Assembly (NCBI GenBank): GCA_046260075.1
Contig: JBJYXS010000364.1
Location: 1-43,168 of the forward strand
DNA: 43,168 bases
Source: Anaerolineales bacterium
Lineage (GTDB): Bacteria > Chloroflexota > Anaerolineae > Anaerolineales > RBG-16-64-43
Direction of reading: 5' to 3'
Program-made: the position numbers and the translations under genes
Shown: in pieces, positions 9,234 to 17,580 of the stretch
Numbering within the stretch: position 1 is the first letter of the stretch
How the letters are laid out: each line of letters starts with the position of its first letter
Notes under the pieces: generated by a model
What the model saw: the letters and a program-made list of their open reading frames with translations, nothing else
Database searches by the model: none
Told to the model about the DNA's origin: nothing

Positions 9234-10118
9234 CTATCCTTTGACGGACCCCTGGGTCAGCCCGGCGATGAACCGTTTTTGCAGCAGGAAGAACATCAAT
9301 GCGATGGGGAGGGCCACCACCAGCGACGCCGCCGCCATGTATTCGTAGCGCAATTGCGTTCCCGCGGCGCCGGTGATGTATTGGCGCACGCCGGCGGGAA
9401 TCGTCTTGATGCCCAGCGTGTACGAGAAGAACATCTCATCCCAGGCCGTCATGAAGATGTATATGGCGGTGGAGACGATGCCCGGGATGGCCAGCGGCAC
9501 CACGATGAAGACGAACGCCGTCAGCCGGGTGGCCCCGTCCACCATGGCCTGTTCTTCCAGGTCCACGGGAATGGAGGCGAAGAAACTCCGGAGAATCCAA
9601 ATGGAGATCGGCGTGTAGAAGCCGATGTAGAGGATGATGCCGCCGAAGTTCGATCCGACCAGGGGAATGCCGAAATTCCGCTTGATCCACATGAAAGTGA
9701 GGAACAGCGGAATGAAGAAGAGCGTGCCCGGGATCAACTGGGTCGCCAACACGGTGAGGCTGTAGGCGTCCGCGCCCCGGAAACGGTATCGAGCGAGGGC
9801 GTAAGCGGCCAATGCGGCGAACGCGGTCCCGACGATCGTCGCCACACCGACGACGGTCAGGCTGTTGGCAAAGAGGGTGTTGAACTTCAGGCTTTTCCAC
9901 ATTTCGGGATAATTCGCGAACCGCCATTCGGTCGGTAATAGGCTGCAGTACGGGCAGAGAATTTCGCCCCGGGGGGTCAGCGAGACGATCAGCATATACA
10001 GGATCGGCACGAGGATGATGCCGACCAGCACCCACAGGATGATGTTCCATAACCAATGAAGGATCATTCCCCTGGTCCTGAACGAGAACGAACGTCTTGT
10101 TACCGGCGTGGCCTTCAT
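9234..10118 (-). CDS. Carbohydrate ABC transporter permease (MalG-like)
   Basis: Polytopic membrane protein with the binding-protein-dependent transport signature region (EEQAMVDGATRLTAF). I prefer the start at ATG 10118 (MKATPV...), which is preceded by GAGGAGG, over the track start at 10190. Confidence 0.9.
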   Translation of the reverse strand: MKATPVTRRSFSFRTRGMILHWLWNIILWVLVGIILVPILYMLIVSLTPRGEILCPYCSLLPTEWRFANYPEMWKSLKFNTLFANSLTVVGVATIVGTAFAALAAYALARYRFRGADAYSLTVLATQLIPGTLFFIPLFLTFMWIKRNFGIPLVGSNFGGIILYIGFYTPISIWILRSFFASIPVDLEEQAMVDGATRLTAFVFIVVPLAIPGIVSTAIYIFMTAWDEMFFSYTLGIKTIPAGVRQYITGAAGTQLRYEYMAAASLVVALPIALMFFLLQKRFIAGLTQGSVKG

Positions 10119-10193
10119 GCTCTGTGTACCTCCTCGATGACGATTTCGAACGCAACTCCCCGGTTCCGCCCCGTCGGCGGATCCGGACACGGT

Positions 10194-11183
10194 TCATTCC
10201 GAAGTAAGGCCTTCGCGGAAGAACCGGTAATACAACCCGGTGAAGAATAAAGCGGCGATCATTATCAGCACCGATGCGGCCGCGCCGTAGCCGTACAATT
10301 GATAGCCGAAGGATTGCCGGGCGATGGTCACCATGATCAGATCCACGTACTTGCCCAGCTGGTCCGTCCCGAACAGGGTGATGGCGATGTTGTAGGGGCC
10401 GAAACCGAAGAAATTAAAGACGATTCCGAACAGCGTGGTGACCGCGATGATCGGAATGAGATAATGCCAGGTAATATAAAGGAATTTTTGAACATTATTG
10501 GCCCCGTCAATGTCGGCGGCTTCGTAGATGTCGGTCGGGATGATCTGCATCGCCGCCAGGAGCATGACCGTGGTGAACGGCAACCCGCGCCAGATGGCGG
10601 GTATGATCAACGCCGTGCGCGCGTTCTCGCCGATCAACCAGCGGATGGGCTGTTCGTTCAGGTGCAGCCAGTCGGTGATGACCCGGTTGGCCAGGCCGCC
10701 TTCCTGGGCCCAGATGAACCGCCAGATGACCCCCACGGCGAAGGTGGGGACCACCCAGGGGAGCAGGACGAGAGTCCGCGCCAGCCCCCGGCCGACGAAC
10801 TCCCGGTTCAACAGCAGGGCCAGAATCAGGCTGATGACCAGCGTGCCCACTTGCACCCACAACGTGAACCAAAACGAGTTGACGACGGATTGGGTGAGGT
10901 CGGAGATCAGCTTTTCCTCGGAACCGAGAAACAATCCGCCGAGAATCCGCTGGTAATGGTGCAAACCGACGAACGGCGAGGAAAACGGCGCCGCAAAGGT
11001 CTTTTGGGTCACATTGAGAAGCGACATGTAGATCGCTTCCCCGGTCGGAATCAGGTGCACCAGGAACATGACCAATACGGCCGGGGCGATAAACGCATAC
11101 GGAATCCGGTTGTGCCGGATGAATCGCCCGATGGATTGTTTTACGCTGCGCTTTTCCGGGGGTTCTTTTTTGCTCATCGTCAT
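10194..11183 (-). CDS. Carbohydrate ABC transporter permease (MalF-like)
   Basis: 329 aa, six-TM type, with the EAA-loop-like segment YEAADIDGANNVQKF. ATG 11177 is an alternative start. Confidence 0.9.
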   Translation of the reverse strand: MTMSKKEPPEKRSVKQSIGRFIRHNRIPYAFIAPAVLVMFLVHLIPTGEAIYMSLLNVTQKTFAAPFSSPFVGLHHYQRILGGLFLGSEEKLISDLTQSVVNSFWFTLWVQVGTLVISLILALLLNREFVGRGLARTLVLLPWVVPTFAVGVIWRFIWAQEGGLANRVITDWLHLNEQPIRWLIGENARTALIIPAIWRGLPFTTVMLLAAMQIIPTDIYEAADIDGANNVQKFLYITWHYLIPIIAVTTLFGIVFNFFGFGPYNIAITLFGTDQLGKYVDLIMVTIARQSFGYQLYGYGAAASVLIMIAALFFTGLYYRFFREGLTSE

Positions 11184-11200
11184 CCGCCTGTTAGTGGTAT

Positions 11201-11237
11201 GGGGGGGTTAGAAAAACCAAGTTCCTCTAACCCCCCC
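11201..11237. other. Intercistronic perfect 12-bp stem-loop between the SBP and permease genes
   Basis: GGGGGGGTTAGA (11201-11212), 13-nt loop, TCTAACCCCCCC (11226-11237). Confidence 0.7.
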
Positions 11238-11281
11238 ATTCGTAACTATAGGGGAAAACCGTAGAAAATCAAGCCGCGATG

Positions 11282-12700
11282 TTACGAAGCCAGCAGCTCA
11301 TCCACGGTCGCCGCCGCAGCATCCAGCCGTTGCTTGATCAGATCACGGGTGGGAGCTGCGCAGCCCGGCTCGCCCTGCACCGGGCAGGCTTCCGCCACAT
11401 CTTCCCAGATGGACGTGAAGGCGGTGTTGATGGCCGTCTCGATGGCGCCCCACTGTCCGGACGGAGCCGAGGTCTTGCCCTTCGCGGCCGCCGCGATGAA
11501 CGGAGCGTACATCGGATCGGACTTGAAGGGTTCGAGGGCTTCGTGCGTCACGGGGAGCAGACCGACGGCGTTGCCGTAGCGGATCTGCGCGTCCTTGCGC
11601 AGCAGGTATTTCACCAGCGCCCAGGCGGCGTCGTACGATTCGCAGGTGTCGAGGATGCCCAGGTCACTGCCGCCGATGAAGGTGTACTGCCCGCCGGGTC
11701 CGGCCGGGAATTCCGCCACACCGATGTCCTCTTCCGAAACCGTGTAGCCGCTGGCGGCCTGGTCGCGGATGTTGGGGACGACGTACGGGCCGGCCAGTTC
11801 GGTCGCCGCCAGGCCCTTGCCCAGGCGCTCGTCCGTGGTGGCCGAGTTCATCTCCAGCGTATCAGAAGCCGTCAGGCCGTCGGCGTACATGCTGACGTAG
11901 AATTCCACAGCATCGACCGCCTCTTCGGAGTTCAGGATGGCCTTGGTCATATCGGCATTCAGGATGTCTCCGCCGTATGCCCATATCCACTGCAGCTGGT
12001 TCTGCCAAACGTTCCAGTCGCCTTTTCCGGGGATGATCAGCGGGGCGACAACGCCCTTGGAAGGATCGTCCGGATCGACCGGAATCTGAGCGTCGCGGAT
12101 TTGCGCGAGAGCGGCCCGGTAGCTGTCGAGGTCGGCGAACGCCGTGGAGACGTCCACACCCGCCGCTTCGTAGACTTTCTTGTTGTAGTACAGAGCCCGC
12201 ACATCGCCGATCCACGGCATCGCGACCAGTGTGCCGTCGGACATACCGGTCATCCAGGAAGCGGGAACGAAGGCTTCTTCGCCGCCGACTTCCGCGATCT
12301 CTTCGGCCGTGAACTCATGCAGGCCGCCCATGGCGCCGAACGAGCCGACCCAAGTGGAGCCCATCTGGGTCACGCACGGGCCTTCACCGCCCTGTACGGC
12401 GGTGGTGATCTTGGTAAAGGCATCGCCCCAGCCGACGACTTCCGCGGTGACGTTGACGTTCGGGTACATCGCTTGGAAGGTCAACAGTTCCGCGTCAATC
12501 AATTCCTGCGGGGTGGGCCCATTGGGCATAATCCAGATCGTCACATCGCCCGTGAGATCGGGCTGCGCGGTGGCATCAACAACCACCGTTTCCTTGACAA
12601 CCTGAGTATCCGGGGTTGCAGTTGTGGCTGTGCCGCACGAAACGAGCAGCAGGCTCAGGATCGCCAGCAAGCCGAGGATAGATAGAAGTTTCTTATTCAT
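11282..12700 (-). CDS. Sugar ABC transporter extracellular solute-binding lipoprotein
   Basis: Signal peptide with lipobox LLVSCG. 472 aa family-1 SBP-like sequence, located upstream of the two permeases. Confidence 0.9.
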   Translation of the reverse strand: MNKKLLSILGLLAILSLLLVSCGTATTATPDTQVVKETVVVDATAQPDLTGDVTIWIMPNGPTPQELIDAELLTFQAMYPNVNVTAEVVGWGDAFTKITTAVQGGEGPCVTQMGSTWVGSFGAMGGLHEFTAEEIAEVGGEEAFVPASWMTGMSDGTLVAMPWIGDVRALYYNKKVYEAAGVDVSTAFADLDSYRAALAQIRDAQIPVDPDDPSKGVVAPLIIPGKGDWNVWQNQLQWIWAYGGDILNADMTKAILNSEEAVDAVEFYVSMYADGLTASDTLEMNSATTDERLGKGLAATELAGPYVVPNIRDQAASGYTVSEEDIGVAEFPAGPGGQYTFIGGSDLGILDTCESYDAAWALVKYLLRKDAQIRYGNAVGLLPVTHEALEPFKSDPMYAPFIAAAAKGKTSAPSGQWGAIETAINTAFTSIWEDVAEACPVQGEPGCAAPTRDLIKQRLDAAAATVDELLAS

Positions 12701-12913
12701 TGCTTCTTCTCTCCTTATCCTTTCTGTGGAGTCTTTGAAAAACGATCGGTACAGATGGTTTGCACGGAAAGAAAATCATTGCCTGATGGTGACGGTAACT
12801 CGATAGGGAACCACCTCCTTTCCTTGGTGAGCTTCGAAAAAATCCATCCTGTGCATCACGTACATGTGAAACCGTCGAACAAACCGCATCCGCGTTCGGA
12901 TGGCACTCCGTCC

Positions 12914-13918
12914 TCAGATGGCCAATCCCGACGAGGAACGGATGACCAGTTCCGTCGGCAACACCAGCCGGTGCGGCGGCATCATCCCCTCGGCGAGGAT
13001 CTGTATCAGCGTTTCCGCCGCCAGTTGCCCCAAACGCGGGATGTCCTGGCGGACGGTGGTCAGCGGCGGATCCATGTGCGAGGCGGCCGGAATATCGTCG
13101 AATCCCACCACCGCCACGTCCTCCGGAACCCGGCGGCCGGTTTCGTTCAGCGCGCGCAGGGCGCCCATCGCCATGCCGTCGCTGGCAACAAACACCGCAT
13201 CCGGATTTTGGGGGATAAGGCGCATCATGCTGTTGTATCCGCCGCTCTCGGTGAAATCCCCTTCGACGATCAGCGCCGGTTCGGGGCGCAGGCCCCGCTC
13301 GGTGAAGGCGCGTTTGTACCCTTCCAGACGGTCGATCCCGGCGATCATTTTGCTCGGACCGGTGATCGTGGCAATCCGCTGGCGCCCCAGCCGGAGCAGA
13401 TGCACCACCGCCTCGCGGGCTCCGTTCATGTTATCCGCATCGATGTAGTTCAGATTGTTGTTCGAGGGATGCCGCCCGATGAGCAGGAACGGAGTCTGCG
13501 ACGTCGTCAGCGCTTCCAGCAGCGGATCGTCGATCAGATACGAGGCAATGACCAGCCCGTCCAGCAGGCTGTTGGATGTCAATTGATGGACCGTCGATTG
13601 TTCCTGTTCGGGGTTGGTCAGCCACAACATCACGGAATAATCGTTTGCGTTGCAGGCCGTGGTGATGCCCTGCACCAGACCGGGATAATACGGGTCGGTG
13701 AACAGCGAGGATTGGGCCGTCGGAAAGATCAACCCGATGATCCGGGTCCGCCCGGAGGCCAGACCGCGCGCCACAGCACTGGGCTTGAAGTTCACCCGGC
13801 GGATCACTTCCAGCACCCGGGCGCGCGTCGATTCCCTGACGTGGGGATCATTGTTGATGACCCGCGACACCGTCGATCGGGAAACACCGGCCATCTTGGC
13901 GATTTCTTCAATCATCAT
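12914..13918 (-). CDS. LacI-family transcriptional regulator (CebR/CelR-like, judged from its operator)
   Basis: N-terminal HTH MMIEEIAKMAGVSRSTVSRVINND followed by a periplasmic-binding-protein-like sugar-binding core. 334 aa. Confidence 0.95.
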   Translation of the reverse strand: MMIEEIAKMAGVSRSTVSRVINNDPHVRESTRARVLEVIRRVNFKPSAVARGLASGRTRIIGLIFPTAQSSLFTDPYYPGLVQGITTACNANDYSVMLWLTNPEQEQSTVHQLTSNSLLDGLVIASYLIDDPLLEALTTSQTPFLLIGRHPSNNNLNYIDADNMNGAREAVVHLLRLGRQRIATITGPSKMIAGIDRLEGYKRAFTERGLRPEPALIVEGDFTESGGYNSMMRLIPQNPDAVFVASDGMAMGALRALNETGRRVPEDVAVVGFDDIPAASHMDPPLTTVRQDIPRLGQLAAETLIQILAEGMMPPHRLVLPTELVIRSSSGLAI

Positions 13919-13974
13919 TCGGGACGGCTCCGGAAAATGGGTGCTTTTTCAGCGGATTTCTATATATATTTTTA

Positions 13975-13988
13975 TGGGAACGCTCCCA
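13975..13988. promoter_or_regulatory. LacI-family operator O1, overlapping the -35 of the putative lacI-family promoter
   Basis: TGGGAACGCTCCCA is a 14-bp palindrome with a central CG. It differs at one position from the CebR/CelR box TGGGAGCGCTCCCA as I recall it. On the minus strand: TTGGGA, 17 nt, TATATA, then GGAG and ATG 13918. Confidence 0.6.
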
Positions 13989-14301
13989 ATTTTATATCAG
14001 GTAATAGGCAAAGTCAATAGATGCCTTGTTGTTTCAATTCCTCTGTTTGCCCAAAATTTGGTCAAAAATACTTTTGACTTTCAAGAAAAATTTTAATATT
14101 ATGACCATGGGATTATTGATATGGTTTTTTCCCCTAAAATACAGGGGGATTTATAATTTTATATTTTTGGGTATTTTTTCTCAACATTTTACAGCAATGA
14201 TAATAATTAACATTTGTTTCATGATTTGGTCATTTTGACCACAGCCATGGGAATCTGTGTTCATTTTCGAATAAATTAAGTGGACCGTTTGTGTCCATAA
14301 A

Positions 14302-14315
14302 TGAGAACGCTCTCA
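14302..14315. promoter_or_regulatory. Second LacI-family operator-like palindrome, O2
   Basis: TGAGAACGCTCTCA has the same TGnGAACGCTCnCA pattern as O1. It lies 327 bp from O1, on the far side of the AT-rich island. Confidence 0.45.
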
Positions 14316-14457
14316 TAAGGCGTTTTTTCCATATTTGTAACAGCCGTCATGTCACAATCTGCATTCCTGGAGGATCATCCAGGTATCTTTGGAGCCGTCC
14401 GCTGACTGATCCCCACAGGTTCGCCATAGTTGTGCCTGCCGCCCCCATTGAAACGAT

Positions 14458-14489
14458 AAAAAAAGCGGATCAGCGTATTGCTGATCCGC
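14458..14489 (-). terminator. Rho-independent terminator of the second SBP gene
   Basis: On the minus strand: GCGGATCAGC, loop AATAC, GCTGATCCGC, then T7. It begins 20 nt after the stop at 14510. Confidence 0.8.
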
Positions 14490-14509
14490 TTGCCAACGAG
14501 ATGGAGTGA

Positions 14510-15940
14510 TCAGGTTTCCGGTTCCGCGAAGATCGCGGTCAGGTCCTCTTCATAGGCGGTTATTTCCGCCTCCAAATCCAAACCTTCCATGGTGCGCAAC
14601 CGATCCGCGAATGCATTGCCTCTTGCCCATGCTTGCGAATAGTTGGGCATGTACACTTCTGTGGGCAGCGCCGCCGGGCGATTGAGGTTGTCGAGGACGA
14701 CATTCAGATGGAACATCGTGGAAAAGAGGGCCGCTTTGGCGGTTTTCCAAGTTTCCTGCTTGTCTTTCGCGGCGGGAACAGCGTCATATGCCGCCGGCGT
14801 TTCCTCGTCGCCGATCAGCAGCGGATCCACAGCGGCGGTCACGAGGTATTGCAGCACGGTGAAGGCTTCCTGCGGATGCCGGCTGGTTTGCAGGATCCGG
14901 AAGGCGGCTTCCTCGATGCGGGCGCTGACGGCCCCTTCGTAGGAAGGCAGAACGGCGATATCCCACGTTCCTTCCTCCTCCAGGTAGTCGGCATATTGAA
15001 ACGGCATGACGGCCATGGCCACCTTGCCGCTGTTGAAGGGTGCGCCGCCGCCGAACGCCGGGCTTTCTTCGACCGAAGCGTTCGCCATGAACGGCGCCTC
15101 GCCCCAGATCGCATCATAGGTCCATTGCCAAGCGATCTTCCATTCTTCCGGCGTCTTGGCGGCCTTGCGACCTTCCTCCCACATGGATCCATCCGACCAG
15201 TACCCACCCCAGTAATTCGGATGGTTGTAGCCCTGCCAGGTGAATCCGTATTGGCGGATATCTCCGCCGTCGAAACCGGGATCACCTGCATGGTTTCCGG
15301 CGCCGTCGATGGTCATCAGACGGGCGAGTTCCGCCAGGGTGTCCCAGCTCCACACGGCTTCTTGCCCGTCCGGCATGAGATGGCCTTTTCCGTACTGTGC
15401 CGGGGGATACGCATACCCGTACCGGTTGAACAATGAGACGTTGTAGAACACCACCGACGGATTCACCATAAACGGCAGGGCCGTCGTCTTGCCCTCCGGT
15501 TGATAGATATCCAACAAAGCGGCGGGGAAAACGGAGGTGTCGAAACCGGACATCGCAATGTACGGGTCGAGATCCAGCCACTGATCAGAAAAAGCGCTCG
15601 CCGCGACCATACCGGTCGGCCCGACGATATCCGGCCCCTCTCCCGCTTCGATCCGGGCGGCCAGGGTATCCCGGGCCAGCCCGCTGTAGACGGTCCCCAG
15701 CGTCAGTCGGATGTTGTTTTCCCTGCCGACAGTGGCATTAAACTCATCGACAACGGCCTGTTGGGCGTTTTGCCGGTTCGAATCGATTTCCATCCCCAGA
15801 CCGGTGAACCATTGGATTTCGACGGTCTCCGCCGTCTGGGCTGTCGTTGCGGTGGCGGCGGGGGTTTCCGCGGACGGTTTGCAGGAAGCCATCGCTGCTC
15901 CAACCGCCAGCACGCCGCATACTGTGAGATACCTGCGCAT
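14510..15940 (-). CDS. Extracellular solute-binding lipoprotein (family 1, sugar or oligosaccharide type), monocistronic
   Basis: I prefer the start at ATG 15940 (MRRYLTVCGVLAVGAAMASCK, lipobox), preceded by AAGGAG. The track start at 16045 adds a non-signal extension. Confidence 0.85.
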   Translation of the reverse strand: MRRYLTVCGVLAVGAAMASCKPSAETPAATATTAQTAETVEIQWFTGLGMEIDSNRQNAQQAVVDEFNATVGRENNIRLTLGTVYSGLARDTLAARIEAGEGPDIVGPTGMVAASAFSDQWLDLDPYIAMSGFDTSVFPAALLDIYQPEGKTTALPFMVNPSVVFYNVSLFNRYGYAYPPAQYGKGHLMPDGQEAVWSWDTLAELARLMTIDGAGNHAGDPGFDGGDIRQYGFTWQGYNHPNYWGGYWSDGSMWEEGRKAAKTPEEWKIAWQWTYDAIWGEAPFMANASVEESPAFGGGAPFNSGKVAMAVMPFQYADYLEEEGTWDIAVLPSYEGAVSARIEEAAFRILQTSRHPQEAFTVLQYLVTAAVDPLLIGDEETPAAYDAVPAAKDKQETWKTAKAALFSTMFHLNVVLDNLNRPAALPTEVYMPNYSQAWARGNAFADRLRTMEGLDLEAEITAYEEDLTAIFAEPET

Positions 15941-16315
15941 TAACGATCTCCTTTCCCATACCGTGCCGTCTGCAAGCATTCGGTCCGTATCCGGCGCCGG
16001 ATCCGATGGAACGGAAACGGCTTCCGCCGCCGCGGATGATGGCAATTCGTCCCGCCGGGGAATCGGCCCCTTCAGGGCGGATCATCCGCAGGAAGGCCGC
16101 CTGATGCGAACCGCACAATTATAATACAGAGAATCCGTGGTCCCTTGTATATTGCCGGCGGTCCGGGATGGCCGGCGGAGTATGCAAAACCGCTGCGGCG
16201 CCCCTCCGTCAAGGGATGATCCCCGCCGGCGGCCAATCGTCCTTGTGCCCTCCGTCAGGCGGTTTTTTTCGCCGTTTTCTCCGCCCGACTCCCGCAGAGG
16301 TTTTTCGGCGTTCTC

Positions 16316-16344
16316 TTGATGGCGGGAGGTCGACCCACTATAAT
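16316..16344 (+). promoter_or_regulatory. Sigma70-like promoter positioned to give a leaderless acuC-like mRNA
   Basis: TTGATG (16316-16321), 17-nt spacer, TATAAT (16339-16344). ATG 16351 begins 7 nt after the -10, and there is no SD. Confidence 0.5.
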
Positions 16345-16350
16345 CCCGGC

Positions 16351-17496
16351 ATGTCGCCCCGGAAATCACTCTTCCTGTATTGCCCCGAACTGGAGAAGTA
16401 TCCGTTTCCCTCCGATCACCCCTTTAATACATCCCGCGCTCCCAAAGCCCGCCGGCTGATCCGCTCCATGGGCTGGCTTTCCGGCGGGGATCAATCCGAA
16501 AGCGACGCGCCGCCGGCCGAACGCGCGGATCTGGAGAAATTTCACACCCCGCGCTACCTCGACGCCCTGCACGATGCATCGGAAGGCCGCTGGGAGCACG
16601 ATCTCCTGCAGATGGGAATCGGAACCGGCGATTGCCCGGTATTCCCCGGCATGTACGAGCATTCCGTGCGGGCGGCCGGCGCCACCCTGGCCGGAGCCGC
16701 CGCCATCCTCGAAGGACGGGCAACCGCCGTGTTCAATCCCCACGGGGGATTCCACCATGCTTTTCCGGAACGGGCGGCGGGATTTTGCTACATCAACGAT
16801 CCCGTGCTCGGATGCATGGCGCTGGCCTCGTCCGGCCGCAGGGTGTTGTATCTGGATATCGATGTGCACCACGGCGACGGCGTCGCCTACGCCTTCCGGG
16901 AGCGGGCGGATGTGATGACCATCTCGTTTCACGAGAATCCGCGCCTTCTCTTTCCGGGAACCGGTTTTGAAGATGAAATCGGCAAGGGCGCAGGGGAAGG
17001 GTTTTGCGTCAACGTCCCGTTGCCGCTCGCAACATACGATGCGGCATATCTCATGGCGGTCGACGAGATCGCCTTGCCGTTGATCGATTCCTACCAACCG
17101 GATGTCTTCGCCATCGAACTTGGCGCCGACGGATTGGCGCAAGATCCCCTGGCCCACTTGCAGTTGACCAATAACGTGTATGCGGAAGTGCTGCACCGCG
17201 TGATGCGGTTCGACAAACCGATCCTGATGACGGGCGGCGGCGGATACGACGTGCAAAACACGGTCCGGGCCTGGGCACTGGCCTGGAGCGTCCTGTCGGA
17301 GCAGGAAGACGCCGGGTATTCCGTCAACGCCGGCCTGGGCGGCGTGATGCTCTCCAGCCCGGATTGGCAGGGCGGATTGCGGGATCGGGAACTGGTGATC
17401 CCGGATCAAACGAAGGAAGCCGTGATAGAAGCGCTGGAGTATACCCTGCACAAGGTGAAACGCCTTGTCTTTCCGATCCATGGGTTGAAACCGTAA
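16351..17496 (+). CDS. acuC: Histone-deacetylase-family protein / acetoin utilization protein AcuC-like lysine deacetylase
   Basis: MSPRKSLFLYCPELEKY..., then the class I HDAC motifs GGFHHA, FCYINDP, DIDVHHGDG and GGGGY. The 61 codons that the track adds upstream are Arg/Pro-rich and improbable. Confidence 0.85.
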   Translation: MSPRKSLFLYCPELEKYPFPSDHPFNTSRAPKARRLIRSMGWLSGGDQSESDAPPAERADLEKFHTPRYLDALHDASEGRWEHDLLQMGIGTGDCPVFPGMYEHSVRAAGATLAGAAAILEGRATAVFNPHGGFHHAFPERAAGFCYINDPVLGCMALASSGRRVLYLDIDVHHGDGVAYAFRERADVMTISFHENPRLLFPGTGFEDEIGKGAGEGFCVNVPLPLATYDAAYLMAVDEIALPLIDSYQPDVFAIELGADGLAQDPLAHLQLTNNVYAEVLHRVMRFDKPILMTGGGGYDVQNTVRAWALAWSVLSEQEDAGYSVNAGLGGVMLSSPDWQGGLRDRELVIPDQTKEAVIEALEYTLHKVKRLVFPIHGLKP

Positions 17497-17520
17497 CGGG
17501 TTTGCCGGAGGAACCACAAC

Positions 17521-17565
17521 AAAAAAACCCCGGGGCACGGGAAATCCGTGCCCCGGGGTTTTTTA
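17521..17565. terminator. Bidirectional rho-independent terminator between acuC and the MFS gene
   Basis: A7, ACCCCGGGGCACGG, loop GAAAT, CCGTGCCCCGGGGT, T6. A 14-bp perfect stem flanked by an A-run and a T-run. Confidence 0.9.
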
Positions 17566-17580
17566 TTGCCGCATTTCGCT

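Noticed and set aside
14026-14509. Small hydrophobic ORFs (70 aa and 72 aa) inside and beside the AT-rich island.
   Set aside because: Their composition is driven by the AT-rich DNA (Phe/Ile/Leu/Lys/Asn-rich). One starts at GTG, and neither has an SD. They are unlikely to be coding.
16303-16316. A third LacI operator (GGCGTTCTCT) upstream of acuC and far upstream of SBP2.
   Set aside because: Only one half-site matches. The other arm (TTTCG) does not complete the palindrome.
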